Part shown: positions 1 to 11,060 of the stretch, piece after piece
Layout of the letters: each line of letters opens with the position of its first letter
How positions within the stretch are numbered: position 1 is the first letter of the stretch
Assembly: GCA_013239625.1 (NCBI GenBank)
Contig: MU054220.1
Location: forward strand, 5,096,587 to 5,160,586
Source of the DNA: Lama guanicoe
Taxonomy: Eukaryota
DNA length: 64,000 nucleotides
Direction of reading: 5' to 3'
Program-made: the position numbers and the translations under genes
The notes under the pieces: model-generated
Databases searched by the model: none
What the model was told of the DNA's origin: nothing
Seen by the model: the letters and a program-made list of their open reading frames with translations, nothing else

Positions 1-949
1 AGACCTTCTTGGAGTAACGTGGACATCTTTCTAAATTCTTCTTTGATACTAATCTAGAGCTATAGGAAAGAAGTTTACTGTAAGATCATTCAGGGAATTT
101 AGCACAATGTGCTAGAGTAGGTAGTGGTGGAATCTATGTGGAAATCTTTATTGGAAATGCTGTTGTAAAAACAGAGTTGATTTATTTTTTTACATAATTA
201 TTTTTGTTTTTATCTTCAGAGAGTTTTTATTCTAAACATTATGATTTTTTATGTTTTACAAATTAAACAATAAACTTGTAGAAATCATCTGCTTACTGAA
301 AGCAGAACAAACCTTATCCCACACAAACAAAAAATGTAAAATCAAATTTATAGAATCCTAACTCATTAGCAACTTAACATTTTGGGAGCATATGAAGTTT
401 AACCAAAAATATCTTACAGCAAATTCAGTAGCAGTATTTCTAAAACTTGATCCTAGAAATACTTACGTTACTTGTTAAAAATATAAGATTTCTAACCCTG
501 AAGACTGCTTCAGTAGGTATAAGGTGAGGCCCCAGAATCTCTATGCTATATTCATATCTATGATGACTCTTAAAATTAGGAAAGTCTGAGAAACAATGAA
601 TACTAGAGAAGTTTGGGAAACACTGAATATTGTATACTGAAGCATGTGTTATTTTAAGACCTATCACTCCACTAAAACTTAAATGGCTCACAAGGTCATA
701 CAACTAGGGTCAGAGGGAAACTCATATCTCAATTTTCTAAATCTATTCTTTTCTAATTCCAAGGATATTCTTCCGAAGGAAGGTTCCATTTTTATAAACT
801 AGATACAACCTAGCAATAACATGTCTCTTCAAACTTACATAATTATTTATAAAATAATAAATAATTTATTCTGATGATCAGCTTTAAAAAAGAAATAAAG
901 AATAAGTCTATGTATCATTTCTTTGTGTCTTCCCATTTCGGAGAACAAA

Positions 950-1140
950 TAACTTACCAAGTGCCCACTATGTACTAGGTGCTTTACATGTTACATTTTT
1001 AGATCTTCACTTCCCTTCTCAAGGTTTACATTACCAGATGAGGGAACTGAGTTTCAAAGCAATTAAATAACACAGCATGAATATGATTATTAAATATCAA
1101 ACTGGGATTCCAGCTGGGATCTTTTAGACTTCAAAGCACA
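950..1140 (-). mobile_element. MIR SINE (degenerate)
   Basis: Reverse-complement MIR core CAGATGAGGGAACTGAG with flanks CCCACTATGTACTAGGTGCTTTACAT; boundaries approximate. Confidence 0.75.
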
Positions 1141-1329
1141 TATACATACTCTTCCTGTGCCTAGTAAAACGACTATCTCTTAGTCAAACACGTAAGCTTT
1201 GCGGAAGCCAAAATAACAGGCACACATGGTTGCATTGGCATTTATAATTATGACAGGCACATGGCGGTAATCAGGGGTAAATAATCTCTGGGGCTGAAGA
1301 TTCTGAGTGTCCAAAAAAGTAAAATAATT

Positions 1330-1720
1330 GCAATACTACTATAAAAATATCAGAGTAAAATGTAATGATATTACAAAAGAGGTAATCAATTTTATTTGTG
1401 AACTGGGAAGCCTTCCCAGAGAAAGCAACTGAGTTGTTTCCACAGCTGAATGGGATATGGTGTGGACTGCAGAGTTTAGCCAGAAGAAATAGTATGCCCA
1501 ACTGCAAAGAGATAGGAACTGGTACTGAAGGTGGTCCGATTTAACTAGATCAGAAGATACAAAGTGGGAAGTGAAAATGAGGCTGGAGAGATTGGCAGGG
1601 GCCAGACCATAGAAGAATGCCCTGAGTAAATTTAGGTGGGGCAATACAGTCAGATTTGTATTATGGGGAATGGACTGTAAGTGAGTAAGATTGAAGCCGG
1701 AGAGAAATGTTAGTTGGCTA
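1330..1720 (-). mobile_element. L2 LINE fragment
   Basis: Purine-rich L2-like text GAGGCTGGAGAGATTGGCAGGGGCCAGACCATAG and GGAAGCCTTCCCAGAG; boundaries approximate. Confidence 0.6.
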
Positions 1721-1735
1721 GGTAAAAAGTGAGTA

Positions 1736-2026
1736 TGTACAGGACAGAAATAGACTCATGGACAGAGAATACAGACTTGTGGTTACGGGGGGGGTAGAGG
1801 GTGGGAAGGGATAGACTGGGATTTCAAAATTGTAGAATAGATAAACAAGATTACACTGTATAGCACAGGGAAATATACACAAAATGTTATGATAAATCAC
1901 AGAGAAAAAAATGTGACAATGAGTGTGTATATGTCCATGAATGACTGAAAAATTGTGCTGAACACTGGAATTTGACACAACACTGTAAAATGATTATGAA
2001 TCAATAAAAAATGTAAAAAAAAAAAA
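1736..2026 (+). mobile_element. Young camelid-type L1, 3' UTR only (5'-truncated)
   Basis: G-rich L1 3' UTR tract 1787-1810, AATAAA at 2003-2008, poly(A) at 2015-2026; closely similar to the reverse complement of 11918-12240. Confidence 0.9.
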
Positions 2027-2278
2027 GAAAAACAAACATGTGGTTACCAAAGGAGAGAAGGAATGGGGAGAGAAGTATCAGGGGTATAGGATTAACAGAT
2101 ACAAACTAGTATGTATAAAATAGAGAAGCCACATGGATAGACTGTGAAGCACAGAGAATTACACCCATTATCTTGCAATAAGCTATAGTTCAGTATAAGA
2201 TGCAAAAATACTAAATCACTATGCCGTACTCCTGAAGCTAATAGAATATTGTAAATCAACTATATGTCAATGAAAAAA
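2027..2278 (+). mobile_element. Older cetartiodactyl L1 3' end
   Basis: AAACATGTGGTTACCAAAGG...ATTAACAGATACAAACTA...TTGTAAATCAACTATATGTCAATGAAAAAA, typical of artiodactyl L1 termini. Confidence 0.85.
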
Positions 2279-2769
2279 TTCAGTCTTGACCCACATCACC
2301 CAGCAATTAAGAGCTTGAACTCATTTTTTTGTTTTGTTTCCAGATCTAAGACGTTTTCCACTAACTCCCTACTAATGAAAATAAAGTTTTGTTTTTATAC
2401 TCCTTGATTACATGCTTTTAAGAAATATGTGCATCAAAACAAACATTTGTTCGAGAAGTCTCTGAGGCTGCAGGCTTGTCAGCATTCAGTGGGATCCTTT
2501 GGGGTAACTTTTCTAGTTCAGATGCACTTCCACTTGAATCACTTACGCTCTGTTTTCTAAATGAGAAACTTTATGTGATGGGAAATTGATTTTTTTTAAT
2601 TAGTATGGATACTGAGGCAATAGTGTATGCTAAAATATGAATATGTTAATTTTCATTGAAAAACTCACATATGGAAACATGGCTAGACTGTTTATGCAAT
2701 TGCCTTCTCTTTGAAAATTATAGTCTTTGCTCAAAGCAAATAAATATTTTTATTCATAGAATGTATGCG

Positions 2770-2980
2770 GTAGAGTAGAGGAAAGAGTATGGGTTTTGTA
2801 GTCAGACAGGCCTGAGTTTGAATACAGACTTCTCCTTACTGATGTCTTTGTGATTTGAAGTAAATTGCTTGGTATCTCTTAGCCTCAGTTTTCTCATCTG
2901 TAAAATGGGGGTAATGAGACTTACCTTGCATGACAATAAGCCTAAAGCATATGGCACATAGAAATCCCTCAAAAATGTTA
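2770..2980 (+). mobile_element. MIR SINE
   Basis: GTCAGACAGGCCTGAGTTTGAAT...GCCTCAGTTTTCTCATCTGTAAAATGGGGGTAAT matches the MIR core. Confidence 0.85.
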
Positions 2981-3169
2981 ATTTATCTACATTTCTTTTG
3001 AATTAAAAATCTATTACCCATTAGGAAATATAATTACCTATTTTTATTACTATATGAGAGGGTGGGAAAGTACATTCGCCTAGACTGCAGAAAAGAAAAC
3101 TTGGGTAGATGAGCTTTGACAATGTTCACTCAACTATTCATTCACTAATTCAGTACACAGAATAATCTT

Positions 3170-3242
3170 ACTTTTTTAAATTGAAGTATAGTCAGTTATA
3201 ATGTGTCAATTTCTGGTGGACAGCCAGTCATGATTCATTTTC
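3170..3242 (-). mobile_element. Extremely 5'-truncated L1 3' end with 15-bp TSD
   Basis: TTTTTTAAATTGAAGTATAGTCAGTTATAATGTGTCAATTTCTGGTG is an antisense L1 terminus; exact direct repeat ACACAGAATAATCTT at 3155-3169 and 3243-3257. Confidence 0.9.
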
Positions 3243-4039
3243 ACACAGAATAATCTTTCTCAAACATAAAACTGATTACTGGCTCCTCTACCTAAGGCTG
3301 GTCAAAGGCTCCCCAGCCTCAATTTCCTTACCTAAAAAAGGACAAAATAATAGTATATAATAGAGCCATTGGGCTCTATGTGAGTCTTCATGCATGTGAA
3401 GCACTTAGTATCTGACACCAAGTAAGTACTCAGGCAGCTGTTGCATGGTATAGTTGTTTTTTTTTTTATTAAAACAATAAAACCTAATATAAACATTTAA
3501 AAATTATTTTTTTTACTGTGACAAAAGCATTTTTTGTGTACATTTGCCTCATCTGGGCTACCCCATAACCCTATGTTATTTTTATTCTTCATATTTTACA
3601 TGTGAGACCATGAGGTTAAGAGAAGCAAACTGACTTGAACAGGTCACAAGGTTAGCAGGTGATCAGACTTCAAGTGGACGCTCTTTCCATGCTACCACGG
3701 CTTCCTCCTTGATTCACGTACCTCTCAGTGACCCATCACTGGGTCCCTGACTTTTCCATCTCTTGGGTAAAAGGTCTCTTTTTCTAAAGACTCCTGCTGA
3801 GACATCCACCAAGGAGGAATTAGTTACCTACTATACTGTATCACCTATTAATACATCACAGCTGGACTGTCAGATGAGCTGGCTCGTCCCTCACGTCCCT
3901 CTCAGAGCAGAAGGCAGCTGGTCAGTCCTGGTTGCTGTTAAGGAGATAAAAAGAGTTCGTGGGTGCTCTGGGATCCTACTTAGCAAAGGCAGGCTCAGGT
4001 GTAGTCTGCAGTGGGTGGGGAGGAGGGAGACGTCCCACG

Positions 4040-4300
4040 CTTACCTGTAAAATTGAGAGAACAATGGCTGCTTTACAGGGCTATTGGGAGGATAAATGAG
4101 GTTACAATAATAGCTCACATTCATTAAGCAAATTCCATCTACACGTATTACCTCAATCCTCCCGCCACAACATGAGCAAGCTCTATTGTTATCCCCATTT
4201 CTCACACAGGAAAACTGACGTTCAGAGAGGTTATTTGCCTGCCAGCTAGTAGGTGGTGGCAGCCCAGCCTCTGTGCTCTGAAACAGCATGTGGAAAGCCA
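4040..4300. mobile_element. Tail-to-tail pair of MIR fragments
   Basis: + fragment CTGTAAAATTGAGAG...GAGGATAAATGAG followed by - fragment TTATCCCCATTTCTCACACAGGAAAACTGACGTTCAGAGAGG. Confidence 0.65.
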
Positions 4301-5134
4301 CGGGGATTAACTACCAATTTTCCTTTTCAAGGTATTTAGTCTGCTTTATTCATAATTTTGGAGCTTTTTTTCCAAAAAAGTGCATCTGAAATCGAATAAG
4401 CTTCAAATCCGGGTCTGCCTGTGAGCCTAATAGTAGTGGGTACTTAAAAGACATGAGCTGCCTTTTCTTCTAGATGGTGGGTGTCTCAGAGCAGAAGGAA
4501 AAAGAAGACAGGGAAACAGATAAAGTGTGAGGTGGACTGCTGGGTTGTGGTGGTCGGGAGTCAGGGGATGTTAACCCCCTTCTTGGCGGACCCTCTTCCT
4601 AACACAGGTGGTTACTTCCATCAAGGGGCTCTACTAAAGCAGGAACTGAAGTTCCTCTTCCAGGCAGCGCCTTGTGGTTACCTGAAGGCTTCGCTGAGCT
4701 TTGCTGATTTCTTGGCGCTTAATTTATAGCCAGCCAGTGAGTGGAGCTAAAGCTTCATGAGACGGCTGCTAGTCCAGCAGACCTGCTCTGGAATCCCTGC
4801 CTGACGGGTTCCACTGTGTGTGTCCAGCTCTTTCCTCACCTCCCATAAACAATCCCGCTGAGAAGCTTATCTCAGCCTGGTGGAGCGGAGGGTCACACGT
4901 CCAGATAGCCTCTTTGTGTCACACTTGGCCCACTCCTCCCCCCACCTTGTTCGCCTTTCTCAGCCACGGCCCCTGGCATTCTCGGGGCTAAATCCACCCA
5001 GTGTCACCTGGGTTTTTATTAAACTCCCTAGTCTGGAGAGAAACGGAGCTGAAAAGATCCTTTCTCTTACTCTTGGCACAAAGAATGAGCATGCACAGGC
5101 ATTTTAACTCCCTCCGCTGAGCGGGTGGTTTAAA

Positions 5135-5400
5135 CCAGTGGTTGCAAACTCAGATGCCTTCGGAGGCCAGGCAGGAAACTTCACTGAGGGAGGGGAGACA
5201 GTGGGGAGTGGTGGGGACAATGGCAGACTGGAGCTTTCCCTTAGGGGACAGCAGGGACCCAGCTCCAGTCATGGTAGCCTGGTGGGAATGCAGGTCGAGG
5301 GTTGCCTGATTCTCTGATAGTTTAGGAGAAAGTGCGGAGCTGGATTTGGGGTGATATTTCCTAATTTTTAAAACACTTTCTGAGTCAAACATAATGCTTC
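5135..5400. mobile_element. hAT/Charlie-type DNA transposon fragment (family uncertain)
   Basis: Begins with hAT-like terminus CAGTGGTTGCAAACTC; no matching right end found. Confidence 0.45.
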
Positions 5401-5589
5401 TGTGGGCTGCCATACAAGAACCCTGGTTTAAGCTGTGAGGAGAAAGCCTGGCTCTGGCTACTTCTCCTCCACTTCTTCCTGCCACTCTGTCCTTTATTTA
5501 AGACCTTGTTGGGCTGAGGAGAAGCTATTTAGGGAGTGTTTGGACCTTTCTTGGTGAAACCTGAGCACAGCATTTGCTTGCTTGCTCCT

Positions 5590-6290
5590 TAATTCTGCCC
5601 ATCTATCCATCCATTCATTCAATCAGTGACTCAACAATTATGGACGGGATATTTTAGACTCATACACTGCGGGCGCTGCAGTGAACTTGGCACAGCTGTC
5701 AAGGAACTCATAGTCTCAGAGAAGTGAGCAAAACTGGTACTTTTAATAATTCAGCATGGTTGAGGCTTTAATAGCTGCCTGTGAGACATGTAGGAACATG
5801 GATGACAGAGTTCTTAGTTCTGCCTGTGAGACTTAGGAAGGAATTCTCAGAAGAAGCAGGGAGATAGGAAGGTGAGATCAGGGGAGGACAGGAGCAATGG
5901 ATTTGAAAGCTGACTGAACAAGTAAAGTAGATGACAGGGGTTGGGTGGGCCTTGCAGATAAAGGGAAGCAGGGTGAGCTGGGGCTTAGTGGTGTGGTGGG
6001 GAAATGTCAAATATTCAGTGTGGGGTGCTGATTTGGAGTTGGAAGCTGCCGGAAGGGCGGTCTGGGGCCAGGGTGGGAATGGCCCTGAGAGCATCTTAAG
6101 GACTGTACCTGATAAGCTCTGTGGAACTTGTGAAGTTGTAGAGACAGAGGAGTTCCATGTCGTATCTGTTTTAGAAAGGTCATTCCGGTTCCAGTGAGAA
6201 GTGTAATTTGGAAAGACAGAGTGGGGGTTGTGAGAGGTCACGGGACAGGGTGAGGACTGGGGTAGGAGAAAGGTCGACAAATCAGGAGAG
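5590..6290 (-). mobile_element. L2 LINE 3' fragment
   Basis: (CATT)n L2 tail at 5600-5625, AAGGAACTCATAGTCT, TTTTAGAAAGGTCATTCCGG. Confidence 0.75.
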
Positions 6291-6599
6291 TGGTTCTAAC
6301 TAATGGCTAAACCTATCTCAGACTAGGTAAATCAGAGTTTCTGGGTTTGAGATCCCAGCCTTGGGATTAAAAGCTCTCTGAGTGACTGGGCATCACTGAA
6401 CTAGGAGACTGTTGCTTGATGGGGGAATCGTCTCAGGGAAAGAGAGCTGAAGTCATTGGGGCATTCTTGTGTCTCCGGCTGGGCCCTTATTCAGTCTAAC
6501 AGCCCAGTTTCACAGATGAACAACTGAGGCCCTGCAGGGGCATTTGCTGTTCCATCAGATAAGGAAACTTTTAAAAGTCAAATAATTGATAAATACTTT

Positions 6600-6840
6600 G
6601 TGTTGGAAAGAGCTTGGGACTTGCAGTTAAATGATTTAGTTTAAATCCTGCCTGGGCTCCTTATCAGCTATGATATACTAGACAAGACACTTGCCTTCTC
6701 TCAGTCTCATTTTCTCATCTTTAAGATGGTATTATTAATACTTGCCTTGGAAAGTTGTGGTGAGGATTCCTGTTTGTAAAACACCCAGCCCAGTGCCTGG
6801 CACAGTGGTAAATGATGAATCAATGCTACTACTGTTCTGA
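6600..6840 (+). mobile_element. MIR SINE
   Basis: TCTCAGTCTCATTTTCTCATCTTTAAGATGG...GTTGTGGTGAGGATT...CAGTGCCTGGCACAG. Confidence 0.85.
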
Positions 6841-7139
6841 TGATTACGGTTACAAGAGAGCAACTTCATGTGTCAGCTGTAGTTTCTGGACTATTCTGCT
6901 GAAAAGACTCAAGTAATAGGATGGCCAGCTGCCCAACTGCAAGGAAGGGGCAAATTATCAGAAAGGATTTTTATGGGCCCTTTGTGATGAGCAGGGATTA
7001 AATGGAAATAACAGATTAGATATAAAATTCCTTCCATAAATGATTCCTTACATTTAGGTTTTATTTTTTTTTAAAGCATGGGCTTTTAGCCATTATTCTA
7101 TGCTGCCTCTTCATGCACAATTGTTCCTCTCTGTCTTTA

Positions 7140-7250
7140 GAAAATAATTTTTATCTTGAAATAGTTTAAGACTCACATGAAGTTGCAAAGATGGTACAGA
7201 GTTTCTGTGTACCTTTACCCAGCTTCACCCAGTGATGATATTATCATGTT
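7140..7250 (-). mobile_element. Ancient L1 (L1MB/L1MC-type) 3' end, interrupted by an LTR
   Basis: TTGAAATAGTTTAAGACTCACATGAAGTTGCAAAG...CCTTTACCCAGCTTCACCCA. Confidence 0.7.
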
Positions 7251-7258
7251 GATCATGT

Positions 7259-7600
7259 TGTTGCCGAGTCCAAACTTGTTCTGCTTGCCACATGACAGGC
7301 CAATAAATCGGGAGATGAGATGTTGGGGCAAGGAATAGTGACTTTATTTGGAAAGCCAGCAGACCGAGAGGATGGCAGACTAATGTCTCAGAGAACCATC
7401 CTGCTCTACTCAGAATACAGGCTCCTTTTATACAAAAAACAAAAACAAAAACAAAAACAAAAAACGACAAGGGAGGGGGTGTGGTTGATTGTTGCAATCT
7501 TCTTGCTGCAGGCATTCTTTGTTCTTGCAGCCATCCCCGTGGGCCAGGTCATGGTGTCCCTGTAAACCTCCAACAAAACAAAGGATATTTTCTATTACAG
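7259..7600 (-). mobile_element. ERV1-type LTR, partial
   Basis: Starts TGTTGCCGA, the same terminus as the LTR at 39512; antisense poly(A) signal TTTATT near 7343; internal (AAAAAC)n at ~7434-7465; other end not clearly found. Confidence 0.7.
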
Positions 7601-7685
7601 TATAATTATCTTATATAACCAGGGTTCTGTTATTTATTTATTTATACATACTGTACTCATAGTACTGTTGTTTCTTACACTTTCA

Positions 7686-7808
7686 TTTTTTTGCAGGAGG
7701 AGGTAACCAGATTTACTGTTTAGTTTTTTTCATGGAGGTACTGGAAATTGAACCTAGGACCTTATGCATGCTAAGCATGTACTCTACCACTGAGCTATAC
7801 CCTCCCCC
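7686..7808 (-). mobile_element. tRNA-Ala-derived SINE, camelid Vic-1 type, full length
   Basis: Reverse complement reads GGGGGAGGGTATAGCTCAGTGGTAGAGTACATGCTTAGCATGCATAAGGTCCTAGGTTCAATTTCCAGTACCTCC, then an A-rich linker, TTACCTCCTCC and an A tail; Pol III A and B boxes present. Confidence 0.9.
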
Positions 7809-8879
7809 TTACTCCTCTCACTTAACATAATGGTCTGCACACCTTCCTTTATCATAAATTCATGATAAACTTGTATTTCCATGTCTTGATGTTCAATACT
7901 CTAAACAGTTTCCTTACTGTTGGGCTGGCCATGATATTTCAGCCAATTATATAGGTTGTTTCCACTATTTTGTTACACCATTGCTGGTGAGCATCTCAGG
8001 CTACATTCATATTTAGGATTATTTCATTTGGATGGATTACTGAAGGTAAAATTGCTGGGTCAGGGAATCTGAACAGGTGAAAGGTTTTGGATACATATTT
8101 ATTGGCAGTTGCAGAAGAAAGAGCTTCCTGAAATGAACTGGAGGGGCCAGTGTCCAGATGTTGAGAGAGGGACTCCAGGAATGACCTTGGACTGAAAAGG
8201 CTCTAAGCATCCCAGTGGCAAGTGACTGCAGCTGAAGCTTAGCGGGAGCCCGGAGCTGCAGATCCCTACTGAGACTCAATCACGCGGCAGCCCCTCCACT
8301 CCTGGCCGAGAAACCCAGAGCCCCGGGGCGTTGCTGTTCCTGACGTGGCTGCCTGCTCAGAGCCACTGCTGAGACTCGCCTCTAATTTCCTGTGCCCATG
8401 CTCTGGGCTCTTTTTTTCCTTACCCGTTTCAGGCCATTTCACTGAAATCTGAGTAAATGATTGATCACTTTAATGCAAGGAACAAATGGACTTGCTGGGC
8501 AATCAGACCACCTTCCGGCCAGCGCGTACTCGTGCACCGGGTGGTGGATGCCACATCATCAGCAGATGAAGGCTAGAATTTTCTATGCTGTAACAGGCGG
8601 AACTACCCCGGTGGTTCACCTGGGCTGCAGTTAAAGGCTGAACAGGAGCACTCTCAGGGTAGGGACTGGCTGTTTGGTCCTTATCAAGGGCTGGGAGTTC
8701 CCATGCAGGTGGAGTAGAGGCCACAGGCAGCAAGTGCTGAGGTGGAGTAGGAGAGTTTGAACTGAACTGGTGGCTCATTCCCCCAGCACTGGCTAGAACT
8801 TGGCATTGTTTTCCATGTTGCAGATGATAATCGTTTACCCATGAATAGTGACACTGCAAATTACCACCGCCTCTGCCAC

Positions 8880-9050
8880 ATTTGTTGAATACCTACTATG
8901 TGCCAGGCATTGTGGTAGATGTTTCATACCCATTAGCTCATTTAATCCTGCATCAGTGTCTATCTCTGTTTTGGGAACAAGTGACCTGAAGCTCAGAGAG
9001 GATTATAGCTAGGAGGGGTGCCAGGGTTTGACCATATCTACCTGTGTTCT
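8880..9050 (-). mobile_element. MIR SINE
   Basis: TTTGTTGAATACCTACTATGTGCCAGGCATTGTG...CTCATTTAATCCT...GAAGCTCAGAGAG. Confidence 0.8.
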
Positions 9051-9139
9051 TGCCCTTGCTGCTTTAAGTCTGCTATTGCCTGTGAGAGGCTGATTGTTTC
9101 ATGAATGCCCTTTAAAAAAAAAGAATCCAATATATTTTC

Positions 9140-9625
9140 CATTAATAGCTGCTGCTTAGAAAAACCTGTGTTCATCTCTTCTTTTTTTACTTTAAAAATT
9201 TATTTTATTTTATTTTATTTTATTTTATTTTATTTTTTTGTTCTGTGTTCATCTCTTCTTGAGCACACTGCTAGACTACATCTCCAGCCTCCCTTGCAGG
9301 TAGATGCAGCCATGTGACTGAGTTCTAACCAATGGAAGATGAGCAGAAGCAATGTGCATCATTTCCGGGTGCTCTTCTAGTAACTAGCTGTCATGAAGAT
9401 TTTCTTTGGGGTGGCAGATCCTACATGTGAAAGATGGCTGTCTCTGTCAATGTAGTTCCCTGAGTGACTGTGTGGAGCAGAACCTTACCCACCTCTCCAT
9501 CCTCATTCCACAATCCATTTACCTCCCCATATTCTTATGTAAACAGCGTATAAACTTCTTTTATGTTTAAACATCATACTTTTGGTCTATTTTTACATTT
9601 ATGAGGTTACCCACATAATGCAGAA
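9140..9625 (+). mobile_element. ERVL-MaLR LTR (MLT1J/K-like), interrupted by an A-rich insertion
   Basis: ACTACATCTCCAGCCTCCCTTGCAGGTAGATGCAGCCATGTGACTGAGTTCTAACCAATGG; similar copies at 36940 and 58575. Confidence 0.75.
9184..9242 (-). repeat. (TTTTA)n tract flanked by a perfect 18-bp TSD
   Basis: CTGTGTTCATCTCTTCTT at 9166-9183 and 9243-9260 brackets a 59-bp T-rich insert. Confidence 0.9.
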
Positions 9626-10629
9626 TACTAGTACTTTTATCAAGAGGATCCAGCAGGGCTGTTCCAAATACAGATCAGGAGTGGGTCAAAGGGATTTGCA
9701 GACAGAAACAAGGCCTGTATACATAGCAAGGGATGGATATCCTCTCTTTGCTGTGCTTAATGGAGGTTCCAGGCATTGCAAAACCTAATGAATTCAAACT
9801 TACAGAGAAAGTAGATGAAGGTCCTGTCCCTTTGTTCAGAGATTGGCCTAACTTTTCCTCACATAAGAAACTTTTCCTAGAAAAAGGAACAGTTAGATTT
9901 CTATTCCTGCTCAGTGAGTCATAACTTTATTTGGTGGTGGCTGGAACTGAGGTTATATTGGATCACGATAATCACAGGTTCTACTTAATTTAGGGCTAGA
10001 GGATCCCCAAACTTTTTTGACCTTTTCTCTTTTGAAAAACTTTCTGATGTATTGAAATGGAGTCAGGAGGCAATTTGGTCTCTCTGTTGCTATAGTTTCT
10101 GATAGGTTAAAAGGTCTACCCAGAAGAAAAAATGTTTTTAATGAGGTTATGGACTCATTTGCCTATGGGGGGACATGCTTCAGCCAGGTGTCTGGCTGGA
10201 ATTCTTTTGTATACCTTAGGAGAAGGGCTAACAGTTAGGGGACTTTACACCATCTGAAGTAGGTAGGAGGAGATGGAAGAAAGGCTATTTCTTCTTTCCT
10301 TTGTTCCTACTTGTCCTTTGGTGTTCAAGATGGTGATGCTGGTGAGATAAATGATGCAGTAAGGTCAGGACCAGAGGCCATGCAATGCTAATTAGATGTG
10401 AAAATATTTGAAGTAGTATTTTGAGGGCTTGAGGATAATATAATAATTTCAGTTCTTAATGTCCATAATTATAATGCGAATTCCAGGAATTTTCTCAAAT
10501 GTCATTATCTTTTCTGTGCATCCTCCGATAGCATTCTTTTTCCTCATCCCCCACAGGTGGTTGGGTGTGTCCTCCTGTCTGCTTGCATTACAATAAATAA
10601 ATACATCTATTATAATGCTTACATCAAAT

Positions 10630-11060
10630 TAATTGATTATTCAATTAACTTACTGATTCATCAAAAGTTTCTGGTACATGTACTCTGTCGAGGGCAATGC
10701 AGAGGACATCAGGGATACAATGATGAACTCAATGCAACTAACTCATGGGCTGGTAGGAGAGACTAAGAAATGAATCAACAATTGCAGGGCAGTTGTTATG
10801 TGTGTTATGAATGAAGTGTGCACAAGGTGGGTTGAGGGTTTGTGAGACAGGCATCTAGATCCCATTGTAGGTGGCGCCCAGGAAAGCCTCCTGGAAGAGA
10901 TGACACAGTGTCAGTTGAAGTCAGTCCATAAGGAGAACTGGGAGATGGCCAGGCAGAGGGTGCCTGGTTAAGGCAGGGGCATTAACACGGGCAAAGATAG
11001 GGAGATGAGAAAGAGCAAGATGAATTTTAAAAACTATGGAGTAATTTTGTGGTCAATGAG
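10630..11060 (-). mobile_element. L2 LINE fragment
   Basis: ATTCATCAAAAGTTT...CAGGGATACAATGATGAA...CAGGAAAGCCTCCTGGAAGAGATGACA. Confidence 0.7.

Noticed and set aside
5768..6280. Longest ORF in the track (170 aa, minus strand)
   Set aside because: It lies in an L2 remnant, has low-information S/P/T-rich composition and a non-ATG start, and shows no recognisable domain.
10086..10099. X-box-like GTTGCTATAGTTTC
   Set aside because: Only one good half-site; weaker than the three reported.
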